A stretch of 64,000 nucleotides of DNA from assembly GCF_003918875.1 (NCBI RefSeq), contig NW_025765603.1:992001-1056000 (forward strand), given 5' to 3'. This stretch comes from Haliotis rubra (Eukaryota). The notes beneath the pieces are model-generated. The model saw nothing but the letters and a program-made list of their open reading frames with translations, did no database searches and had not been told where the DNA came from. A program made the position numbers and the translations under genes. Below, piece by piece: positions 13,003 through 24,700 of this stretch. Positions within the stretch are counted from its first letter, which is position 1. Every line of letters starts with the position of its first letter.

Positions 13003-13752
13003 GTCTAGTAAATGGTACAGTCGACTCTGCTTTTGGAAACGGACAGGGCTTTCTCGTTTCTTATACAGTGGTTGATTTGTATCTCGATGTTAGTGGGTTG
13101 CACTATTTTCACTGTCGTTGAGGGAATATAAATTGCATTTAACCCGGTTCGAGTTTCTCAAAAGTATGGGGAAAAGATTCAGCTGAATTTGGAAATGATT
13201 AATATGTTAGATTAATTACAACACAGAAAGAGGGAACTGATGCAAATTATATGCATCTATGTATGTAGGTATCAAACGTATGTCAAATACTGGTTGACAC
13301 ATGTCACCGTATCCCAATTGCGTAGATCGATGCTCATGTTGTTGATCACTGGATTGTCGGGTCCAATATGGCGGCGGTCTGTAAATAATCGAGTCTGAAA
13401 CAGACAATCCAGTGATCAACATTATGAGCAACGTTCTACGCTTCTGGGATACGATGACATGTGTCAACCAAATCAACGAACCTGACCCCCCGATCCCGTT
13501 AGGCACCAATTCTAACCCCGATCTTCACGGGTTCTGGAGAGGAGGACCTTACTGTGTATTGCAAGAACATTACGTGAAGGTACGCGCTTGTGAACATTTC
13601 CTTGACTTTTCAGTCCGCGCTTGTGAACATTTCCTTGAACTCGCCAGCCATACCAGACGAATGATTCTCGTAAAGTATTATGCGTATGTTAGAACGAAAA
13701 TAATGAAAATTATGAAAATATTTATGTTCATGGTTGGACTTTTTGTGCGCAG

Positions 13753-13797
13753 GTCGTAGCCAACCAGACAGCCCGTCTCAATTTGAAAACATCGTCC
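13753..13797 (+). CDS. STAND-ankyrin P1, 45-nt phase 1-1 micro-exon
   Basis: gtgcgcag acceptor, gtaagt donor; (G)RSQPDSPSQFENIV(L). Homologous micro-exons in P2 and P3. Confidence 0.82.
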
Positions 13798-14285
13798 GTA
13801 AGTATGCAGTGGATGAGTGAGTGAGTTTGAGCCTCTTTCAACAGTATTATTGTTCAATCGCGGCCTGTCCTCTTGGTGTTGGAGGAAGGAGAATCAAGTC
13901 TTACACGTTTACCATTATGGTGAAATCCATGGTCCCGACAAACCAAGAAACATCATGGACAACACCAGGGTTGGAATACCAAGGGGCGCAACTCTGCATA
14001 GCGAATTGCGGTGTTCCAAACGACAAGGCCACCTCTGGCCTCACCCACAAAATATGATAAGTACTAGATTGATTTCGATTTTAGTATTTTACCTTGATAT
14101 GTATATCTGCAAACAAAAACGAATGCATTTCAACAGAAACAATGACGATCTTAAAATTCCAGCAATATGACAGCGGGGGACACCAGAAATGGGCTTCATA
14201 CGTTCTACGCATGTGGAGAATTGAACCCAGATCTTTAGCGGACGCTTTAACCTTTAGGCTACCCCCACCATCCCTTAATGCCGTG

Positions 14286-14455
14286 AGGGCGGTGGGGTAG
14301 CCTAATGGTTAAAGCGTTGGCTCGTCACGCCGAAGACCCGGGTTTGATTCCCCACATGGGCACAATGTTTGAAGCCCATTTCTGGTGTCCCCCGCCGTGA
14401 TATTGCTGGAATATTGCTAAAAGCTGCGTAAAACTAAACTCGGTCAGTCAGTCAG
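14286..14455 (+). mobile_element. family A SINE
   Basis: Full head and tail; TSD CCTTAATGC(C/G)GTGA. Confidence 0.85.
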
Positions 14456-14752
14456 CCTTAATGCGGTGAATCACGAACATCTGGCAAAGCCTCGTGCCTC
14501 CTCTGATCACCCTCTTTACTGTACTTCACTGTCACCCTTGTTATACAAAAGATATTTTAGTGAGAGTTATACCCCTTGTCTACCTACCCTGGGACTCTTA
14601 ACGTTATTCACGTGAGTCAAGTCAGTTGTCACGTGACAAGGACTGCACCAGTCAGAACTTTTTAAAAAGTAAAAACTGACCAATTAAATTTTATGACAAG
14701 AAGTGTTAAATCATCATATTTCTTTTCCAAGTGAGCTTTTTCAACATTTCAG

Positions 14753-17661
14753 TTTCAACGTGGAAGCGTATCAAGCTCCTAGAGTCTAAACCGCATGTTT
14801 CAACTCGAGCTGAGCGATCAGCCCAGCACCTACTGAACCAAACTGGATTAGTTTTCATAGAAGGAAAGTCTGGCTCTGGTAAAACAACATTAGGGCTTCG
14901 GATCCTGTCACATACTGCAAAAGAATATGACAGGGTACCAGTGGTGTTATCAGCGTGGCAGCAATGGGATTGTATCCCCAAGGAACTCCCGAAGAAGGAA
15001 GAAGAACGTGAAAGCCCGAGTCGTCATAAATATGTAGTTTTGATTGACGACATTTACGGCGCTAGCAACAAAGATCCTAAACAAATAGAGAACTGTGAGA
15101 GATATTTTCATATGATGTGGCCCCAAGCCAAGTCTGGACATGTTTTGTTCGTCATGACTTCCAGAACAGAGATAGCTGCGTTGTGCCAGAGACAACTGGT
15201 GGAGTATGAAGTCACGAAGAATGCAAAGTTCATCAATCTCGACGATCGCAGGTATTCCCTTACCGAAAATGAGAAAAAGAAAATGCTTACACGAATATGC
15301 AACTTGAATGTTGGCGACTTTAAGCTGACTGAAATAGTCCGCGCGGATGCTTCCCTTGGGTTTCCCCAGTGTTGTGATTTTTATGCCAACAGCAGGGCGG
15401 CAAGGCAGAAAGGGGTCGACTTTTTCCACCATCCCCATGAGTTCATCATTGAGGAGATAGACAAAATGCAGGAATATGATGGTACAGGATACCTGGTCCT
15501 ATTAACGGTCTTGATGAGCTCGGGCTGCTTGGAGGACAAACAAGCACAGGCAATCGATGGTCCTCTAAAATCTCTCATCAATTCGTTGAAAGAATGTTGT
15601 GTCAATGTACCACAAGAATTAACCCTTTATGACTTCCATGAAAAGGCTCAGTCTTTGTGTGGTGTGTATTTAAGCCACACCGGATGTGGGTATGGCTTTC
15701 AACATCAGTCTATCTTTGATTCTGTCTTTATCAGTATTTCAAGGAAGTATCTAGACATATGCATTGAGTCATGTCCTGCAAACATGCTAGTGGGGCTAGT
15801 TCGGACCCAGTCCGTAAAAGATTCATCCTCTGCAGACGAAGATACTTTACATGTAAGTCTGCCAAGAGAATACTTTGACCTACTTGCTGATCCCATTACT
15901 GACCTACTTCTGATAAGAGACTGTCCTGATGCTTGTATATTGAGTCACCCGTCACTACAAGATGAGGAATTTGTACAGCACTTAGTACAATCCTGGTCAG
16001 CAGAAACAATGATGACACTTTTATTTCAAGAACATACACCAACATCCATCTTTGTCCCACATCCACTGGAAGAAAAAGAAAATATACATCTTTTTACTTA
16101 TAACACTATGCTGGCTGCTGTCCTTTTGAGAAAGCTGAACCGTGTATTAAAGCATGTCCTAGCAAGGGTAAACAGTTCTTCAAAATATGCATCAGTTTTC
16201 CTGGCATGTGCTATCTATATGAATGATAACAACTGCGTGAAGACGTTGCTTGAGTTGGGAGTAGTTCCTGATGACGATTGCTTCAGGTCTCTCTGCCATT
16301 CCCCGTCCATAGAAGACCGCTTAACTAGAGCAATCTTTGCCCGAGTTGGAACGGACATTGAAACTATGAATGATTATGATGGCTTGTTTGGCCTTGCCGT
16401 GATACGTGGAAATACCACATTGATTAAACTTATGATGTCAAAGCTTGATGGAAATGATGACAACCTGGACATGTTCGCTAAGTATCAGGAAATGTTGTTG
16501 TCTAAACTTGGAAGGAATGAATTTCGTTCAATACATGGAAACAAGGCCTGGAAGCTTGACAGTCACGTATCACGATATTGTGATATCATTTGTGTCTTGT
16601 ATGAAACAGGCTGTACCACTGACATCAACTATCTAGTATGGTTGTCAGCTGCCCTTGAAGACCCAACCCTGCTCAGATATTTCCTACAACAACCGAATGT
16701 TAATCCGTTAAACAGGTACTTTATATCTGAGAAAAAGGTATGGAAGAAAACCACGTCTCTGCAACAAGCAGCGGCCTACGGTGGAGCAGAGTGTGTTCAG
16801 GAAATCATTGACTTCTTCATCAACAGAGGCATTACACCATCCCAGTTCCTTGGTGAAACAACGCTAACTGATTCATATTTTGACAGAGACAGCGTCCTGG
16901 GTTTAACAGTTTGGCACGACAGGTATGAGAACATGAAGCGAGTCTTAGAGGCAGGGATTGATGGAAGGAGAAGAGACGCTGAAGGGGAGACACTTTTACA
17001 CAAAGTTGCCCAGCGGATGCATCCTGAATTTGCCAAGTATCTTTTGGAATTAGGGATACCCGTGTCCGAGAGGGACAACGATGGTTGCACTGCCTTTGCG
17101 TCACTGTACTCACGGGGCATGGACCGACAATCTCTCTTTGGTACACAAAACACGCACGTTGGCTTAGTTAAGTTGCTAGTTGAATCGGGAAGTGATGTTA
17201 ATGAATTGGACAGGTATGGACGGTCGTGTCTTCAAAAGGCTGCTGAACGCGGAGACGTTGAAGCTATTGACTATTTGTGTGAAAAGGGTGCGGATCTGAA
17301 CCAGAAAGATACAGAAGGAAAATCAGTTTTACATTATGCAATAGACGAGTGTGATGTAGAGGTGTTGCGGTATCTTATCCAAAAGGGGGCCGATGTTCAT
17401 GCAGTTGATGACGAGGGAAGGAATGCCATTCACTATGCTGCAGGATCCGCTGTTCAAACTGTGGAAAAAATCAAGTATTTTAAAGACATCCATGGGATAC
17501 CTGTATCTTCTCTAGACAACGATGGTAGAACAGTTTTGTTCTATGCAACCGAGTCCCGTGATGAGGAGGTAGTTGAATTGTGTTTTGACATGGGTCTTGA
17601 TCTAAACCACGCTGGCCGAGAAGGGGCCACTCCATTACATATTGCGGTAAAAAAGTTCTAA
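14753..17661 (+). CDS. STAND-ankyrin P1, large exon: nSTAND3-type P-loop NTPase, helical region and about 9 ankyrin repeats, ending at a premature TAA (about 1035 aa with upstream exons)
   Basis: Phase-1 acceptor atttcag/TTTCAACGTGG. Walker A EGKSGSGKT, Walker B VVLIDDIYG, sensor MTSR, GxP motif LGFP, MHD-like FQHQSIFD, then ankyrin motifs TLLHKVA, SVLHYAI, TPLHIAV. Confidence 0.88.
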
Positions 17662-18510
17662 CGATCTTGATACATCTCTTGTTGATTTCTTCATACAAAA
17701 CGGTGCAGATCTGTGTGCAAAGGATACATGTGGGCGCACGCCGTTGCACTATGCAGCGAATGAAAGGGCTTGCGAAGAACTCGTGAAGATGCTTCTCGAC
17801 AGTGGCGCGCCGACCCAAGAATGGAAGATGAAGATGGTCGCACTGCATTACATTATGCAGCGAGAGTGCTAGGTGGAGGAAAGAATCTGGAGATGATCCT
17901 TCAGAAAGATGTTGATTTCGATTTGCAGGATATATACGGTAAAACCCCATTACACTACGCGGTAGTAGCATATGGTGGGGACAATAACGTGAAGCTTCTC
18001 CTTGACAGAGGTGCAGATCCTTGTGTTCGGAACAGAGATGGATGTACCCCATTTCACCTTTCAGCAAGTGTTGTAAGGTCCGAGCTCACCTTGACCCGGC
18101 TTTTGGAGAAAGGTGCACACATGAATGCAACTGACAGAGAAGGCAGAACCCCGTTGCACCGTGCTGCCAAAGGTGGCTGCAAGGACAATGTGAGGTTACT
18201 CATACAGAGAGGTGCCTGTGTCGCTGCAGAAGATGAAGAAGGTCGTTGCCCATTACATTATGCAGTAATGGAAGGTGGCGAGGAAAAGGTGAGGGTTCTC
18301 TTGAAGGAAGGGGCTGATGCTTGTGCGAGAGATAAATATGGCCGTACCCCATTACACATTGCCGCCAACCTAAGGCACTGTGACCCGAGGGTAAAGATAC
18401 TCGTTACAAAGATACTCCTTGAGAAAGGCGCTGATCCTTCTCTACCAGACAGTGATGGTCTGACTCCAAAGGATTACGCCCGAGAATCAGGTATTCAGTG
18501 TTTCCTATGA
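17647..18510 (+). pseudogene. frameshifted distal ankyrin array of P1 (about 8 repeats)
   Basis: Removing one A from the A6 run (17649-17654) gives KSSNDLDTSLVDFFIQNGADLCAKDTCGRTPLHYAANERACEELVKMLLDSG. Removing an extra GC at approx. 17804-17809 then gives ADPRMEDEDGRTALHYAA... to the stop at 18510. Confidence 0.75.
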
Positions 18511-19164
18511 GGTCATTTCTGCCCGCCACTGCATCAAAACACATATTTGTTCTGTGAAAAGAAAGGACATAACGAAAAGAAGAAACCAAAATGACATTTT
18601 CTTATTTACCATCCAGCATGTCCTGCGAACAAATATTTTTGGATGTAAAAATTGAGGTCAGATCATATTTTTCACAGTTTCTTCCTGGAATGAATTATTA
18701 TTTTGTATAACTCCTCAGCTTCACATAGATTACAGAACGATTTGTCAATCTCATTACAAACCAACTTGTGAAATGTAGTACAGTGTATACCTATGGTGGA
18801 GAAATTGTGTCAAGTGACAGTGACTCTGTGATGTTCTATTCAATGAAACATTTTTAATGGAAAATATTACCTTGTTTCAAGAATTAATATATCTGATGCA
18901 GTTCCGTGGAATCATCCGATTGACATGACAGCGTAATGGAATCCAACAATGCAGTACTGTGGGGAATCCAGGATATGACATAAAACCTATATATGATGCA
19001 TTGTTATCACATTAAACCTTTGAGTGAGTGAGTTTAGCTTTACGCTGCTTTCAGCAATATCACAGCAATATTTCGGCAGGGGACACCAGAAATGGGCTTC
19101 ACACAGTGTACCACTTGGGAGGAACCAGTCTTCAGCATGATAAGCAAAAATTTCAACCACTAAG

Positions 19165-19333
19165 CGAGCGAGCGAGCGAGTTTGGTTTTACGCCGCTTTT
19201 AGCAATATTCCAGCAACATCAAGGCGGGGGACACCAGAAATGGGCTTCACACATTGTACCCATGTGGGGAATCGAACCTGGGTCTTCGGCGTGACGAGCC
19301 AACGCTTCAACCACTAAGCAACCCCACTGCCCT
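19165..19333 (-). mobile_element. family A SINE
   Basis: Reverse complement of the family A consensus. Confidence 0.85.
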
Positions 19334-19670
19334 GTTATATAGTATGACCAGAAATTATTGAGAATTTTAGGAATATGTTTAATTGAATTTTTTCTAGTAT
19401 AAACAACCTTGACCAGCTATCAAGTGCTTGGGTTCATTCAAGAGAGACTCCGTGAATCTTTTTTCATTAGTTTGTGAAGAGTTATCCCCCTTTGTTTACT
19501 TGCTAGCAGACGACATTTTCAGTGATCCTCAGTATGGATGATTTAGAGTAGAGGAAGTTGATTTTAGAGTATTATAACAATGACATCAGATCAGCTAAAG
19601 TGATTTAAAGTAGAACAGGCATCCCTGTCCACTGTTATTGTGTTTTGAAAATTATTGCAAATGGATATGG

Positions 19671-20090
19671 CACTGAGCACCAGAAATTATTAAGAATTTA
19701 AGATTGTAATTTTTTTTTAAATTTCACTCATTACTCACGTATTAAATGTGAATATTAGCAGAACATAACTCCAGATTCAAAGACAGGTGAACAGTTAGTA
19801 TTTTGGGCAGCAATGCAGGCTTCAATGCGGCGGGGCATACTACTGAGCAAAGAAGTTAGAAAGTCGTGGTCCATGCTGTCCCAATATCGGACCACCTCTT
19901 CTTTCATTTCAGCAATATATGTCAGATTTTTCTTATTGACACTTTCCTTCATAAGTCCCCAAACATTTTCTATTGGATTTAGGTCAGAGCTATAGCTTGG
20001 CCAATCTAATAATTTTGGGTCCGAAACCAGGCCTGTGAATGCTTAGAACAATGTTTTGGGTCGTTGTCCTGCTGGAAAATCCAAAAATTT
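19671..20090 (-). mobile_element. degenerate Tc1/mariner transposase fragment with terminal sequence
   Basis: Minus-strand peptides WIFQQDNDPKHCSKHSQAWF and WPSYSSDLNPIENVWGLMK...SMPRRIEACIAAQ, typical of the Tc1 DDE C-terminus. Confidence 0.85.
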
Positions 20091-20097
20091 CCATAGA

Positions 20098-20290
20098 ATA
20101 CCCCACTCAGACACATGATACTGCCTCTGAGCCAACCAGTCCTTGTTATACCCGTTAATGCCGAGAGCCAGGCAGGGAACAACAAGTACCATATTTTAAA
20201 CATCTTTTGGTATGACGTGGTAGGGGATCGAATGAGTGACCTTCCGCTCTCCGGGCAGACGCTCTAACCACTCCACCACGGAGGCGGTCC
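20098..20290 (-). mobile_element. tRNA-derived SINE with Meta-like central domain, 3' truncated
   Basis: Minus strand: GTGGTGGAGTGGTTAGAGCG...TTCGATCCCC followed by CGTCATACCAAAAGATG...ATGGTACTTGTTGTTCCCTGCCTGGC...AGGACTGGTTGGCTC, resembling the MetaSINE/MESC domain as recalled. Confidence 0.6.
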
Positions 20291-20899
20291 TCATCAACAT
20301 GAAGTGTCATTGCGCATACATAATATATGGGATGGTGTTGGTGATGTTAGTGATCACAGAGGAAGAAAACTGAAAATGTTAAATTCCTTTTATTCCAAAA
20401 ACATTCACCATTCTCTCACAAAATAAACAACACGCTGAATTCTGTAAAGAAGACCTCATTATCCACTATGTTGTCATCCTATATCAATTTCTCTGCTTTT
20501 CCTAACCTTGACCATGCTGACTTAAGCTGACAAATCTGTGACCTTTGAAAACAATACAAAGTGCAAAACACAAATACGAAAGAAAACAAATATACATTGT
20601 ACATGTTTCTGCTTTAACAAAGAGAAAGGTCATAAAATTGCCTGGACATAACTGATGCCCTCAAACAATGTGTTGTAAAAAGAAGAATAAAACCGTTTGA
20701 CACCTTTCAAAGGAAAACAAATCTATCTATTGAAGAAGAGAAAAAAACAACCAACCAAACATTTTATCTCTTAAAGTATCGCAGGTGCCCAAACTCCCCC
20801 GCCCCTCTTTTCTCTTTCTCTTTCCTCTTCTCCTCCTGTTATCTTTCAAATTATCTTAATGAATCGACAGTTTACATACCTACTTTCTGCTATCATATT

Positions 20900-21302
20900 C
20901 AGGGGTTCAATTTTTTTTTAAAAAGCCACTTGCCACAGGGCAAGTGACTTTAAGAAAGTAACTTGTCCTGACCAATTTTCAGCTTGTCCTGATTTCATGA
21001 AATAATCATGATGATGTAATTATGAAAGAATAAATCAACATGGTATTTGATGTTAATGCTTACTGGACTATTTATTGAAAAGATATAAATAGCAAAGAAA
21101 GATAACTCTACTTTATAATGATTGCGAAATTTAATAGCTACATTTTGAGCAGATATGAAATTAAATCCAAGTTTATTTGCAGGTTGAAACCATAAGTGGA
21201 AATTATCTAGTAGACCACGGACAAGTAAGATACCATTATTTCATTGCCCGAAATGAAACTTACTTGCCCCGGGCGTCGGGCGATGGGATTTTTGAACGCC
21301 TG
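20900..21302. mobile_element. MITE with CAGG..CCTG termini and 6-bp TSD
   Basis: CAGGGGTTCAA / TTGAACGCCTG termini; CATATT on both flanks. Confidence 0.7.
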
Positions 21303-21739
21303 CATATTATACGCTCATGCATTAATCCCAAACCTATGCATTCTTAACATACTTGCTACAACAATTAAAATACAGGTGCTCTATGAAAATACTGGCTGAC
21401 ATGTATGTCAAATGCATTAAATGTCTGTGCAGTATAATTATGTTAAATATTTCCACTTATGTATTGACTAATTCTAGCTTTAAGACATTTGTTAAAGCTG
21501 ATTATAAAGTATTTCATTACCTCATTAGCATGTTTATAACTTTTACCAACTTTCTAGTTAGCTGTGTGTTATCTTATGACTAGTTAACATAAATATAAAT
21601 ATCACCTCAGTTTCAATGATACCATTTTTACATTCCATCACAAGAGTTCCAAAATTTATGGACATATAAATCTGTAGAGAGCGAATGATGTGATGAGATT
21701 TTATACACATTGCTACAAACATATGACACACACATTTGC

Positions 21740-24700
21740 TTAAGCCACTTTGCTCAGCCATGATTCAACATCAGACAGGTCAGCTTTAGAGTTATCTCCC
21801 TTGCCTTTGCAACTGCATTCTGCAAATGTGATCTTGAAAGGCTTTACATCCGAAAACTCAAAATCCTTATTTCTTTTGCCGAGATATGTGTTATTATTGG
21901 ATGTGTTGTCGGTTCCTTGAAGAGCGGCAGACCTGGTCACTCTCAGAGTATTCCTGGAAGTAAAGTGTGAGTGAGTGAAATGGATGTAAGCCTCCTTGAC
22001 AAGTGTTTCAGTTAAATCATGGTGTTTCAGCACAATTTAGGAAGACTGTGATATGGTAAATGTGCATAGTTCCAAATTACAATTAGAAGTATCCAATGAA
22101 AAGTTCCATGACCTCAACACAAAGCATGTTTATCTCCCGTAACCTTTAACTAAACACGAACCAAGCCAATGACCCTTAATCAATTAAAATAAAAATGGCT
22201 TCAAAATTGATATCATAATTACAGAAACCACCAGGACTCAAAACACATTAACCTCAAACCCCACCCAAAACACTGCACCCCCATCCACACCCGGAAAGCC
22301 ACCCAAACACATCCAACCCAACCACCCCCATCCAAACACATGCTCCTCCACCAGGACCCCCACCCAAACCCCAGATGCTGCCCAACTTTCTCCAAATCTT
22401 TCATTCAACAAAGCCTAAGATAGAAGGATAAACTTCAAACTTACATCTCTTTTTCCAGTTGACCCTGGATGACCTTTGCCCCCTTTGCCAGGGTCATATC
22501 CTGTTTGTTACATAGAATCAAGATGGGTGGAGCCAGACTGGAGATGGTGTTGTCGCTGAGTGCCGTGTAAAGCTGTCTGTCAACAAAGGAACAACAAACA
22601 TGAACGCTAATTTTCGACAACAATGGTTGACTGGAAATTATAAAGTTCTATGGAGGATGGAAAAAAAATTAATTCCTTAAATTTTGAGACATATTCCCCT
22701 CCCCAAAAACCTAAGTGTCAGACTGTCCTTAGAGATGGTGACAAATAAATTTGGTGGATGCTATCAAGTGAGGTTGCCATGGTTACCTGTAATTGCTACG
22801 TCAGTTAATTAATTTTTTACACAATGACAATTACAGACTTAAAATATAATCTCCTTTGTATTGACATTGACACTGAGTAGTACATGTTGTGAGACATAAA
22901 ACTTGTAAACCTGTCTTTTAAAAAATGACTCCAACTCAAGTCTAAGTTGCTTCACTGTGAATTTAAGTATTGTTCTTGGTTGTAACTGGATTTTATTCTT
23001 TAATTTGTAGACTTACTTTTAAATAAAAAACTATATTCTGGGACTACATGTAATCTCCAGAAATCACCTCACAAAATCATATTGCATAAAGACAGGTTAT
23101 TCCAGGGTTCGAAATACCCCATATATTAGTGTGCCATGGCACAGTAAATATTGAAATGGCATGGCTGAAAAATGTTCTCTGTGGCCTTTTGACACGCCTA
23201 TTTGACACAATTTTCTAGACACATAACTCACATTCAGTCATTTAATCCCCAAAACAATTATTTTTTTCCAAACTAAATAATACCATACATATTTGAATGC
23301 TCATAAACCCATTTCTTTATTTAACAATAAATTTCAAATGATCATCATCATTGTCATTTATTCCAAAAACATGTGGGCACACTTCATTTCTGAAAGGCAC
23401 ACCTAAAATATTTGTCTGGTGCCCTTAGGCACACCTAGATAAAAAAATATTTCTATCCCTGTTATTCACTTACTCAGCCACCTCTTTTATCTCCTTCTGG
23501 AAAGTCAAGCTGTCGATGACGAAAATGATGGCCCTGGATAAACACAACACAGACATGTATGGGGGTGCAGACCAATCTCTTGTAACTGTACAGATTTAAT
23601 ACATAAATAACAGTATTAATCTACTGAATCTATTTCGACACAGACTGCTACCTACTGTCTACAGACTGTCAAACATGTATTAAAGGTCACATAAACCCTA
23701 GGGGGTACAAATACATAAATCACTAACTGGCATCGTTATAAATGAAACCCCGTCATTAAAACTACTCATTTCGACCTTTAATTGACTTAAATCGACCTTT
23801 TTGACAACAGTGCACAATTCTCACCCGCGAACGAAATTTCAACCAATCAGAGCGGCGCGCCTCTGTGACGTCATATGAGGAATAGCTTTGAGAGACGATG
23901 CAGAATTCATCTACATTTTAGGGGGTAAATTATCGTGTTTACAGGCTTGTATAAACCTGAAATCGTGACAATTGTTGTGGAAAATGAAAGCTATATGTAC
24001 TCACAATCTACTGTCATTTAATTTTGTCTCCTGCTTTGCCTAGTTTCCGAGTTACAACTTGTTTTCATAGACGATTCTGTCAAAATCGATTGGTGTCGTT
24101 AGGCCCTATTTGTATAATGACTGATCCAAATTGATCCCATTTCTGTGTTGTTTTACCTCGATATTTAATCATGTCATGTAAAAATCTGTTTGTATTCTCA
24201 AAACAGTGTCGGCCCATAAGTTTTCACATGCAATACAGCAATTAATACTCCCTCGTTGTAACCCGTGTTAGGTGGTATAAACCTACACATGTTATTTGTC
24301 ATCATTCACTTGATGGTCAGTTAATGAATTTATAACAGGTATAATTAGTGGTAACACACTTAGATTACCCGACAAAGGTTCCCATTTGGCATTTCTTGTG
24401 TCTGGAGTAAATATTCAACATTATAAACATCGATCAAAGGATTAACCGATAACACGCTGATTGATTAATTACTTTTATCTTACACAGCGGATTTGTCAAA
24501 AGGTAGTGTTTATGTATGTAGATTTACTAATCTATACTGAATACACTCTGTCGTGTCGGTGTCTGCGTAAAAACAACGTCCTTCTTTCAAAGGATTAACC
24601 GGCAATACATTGATTGATTGCCCATTATTGGCTAACTAAATTACTGTTTTTAAAGAAAGGCGGACATTATGCAATTAGTTGCCAGGTGTGCTATCTTGGG

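Noticed and set aside
14731-14752. GTG/TTG starts given by the ORF track for the long ORFs (14731, 39817, 53914, 61025)
   Set aside because: They lie in or just after splice acceptors; the true starts are in upstream exons.
17649-17655. A AAA AAG slippery heptamer suggesting programmed -1 frameshifting in P1
   Set aside because: The ankyrin continuation is in the +1 frame. The -1 frame gives non-ankyrin sequence ending in TGA, and a second shift would also be needed.
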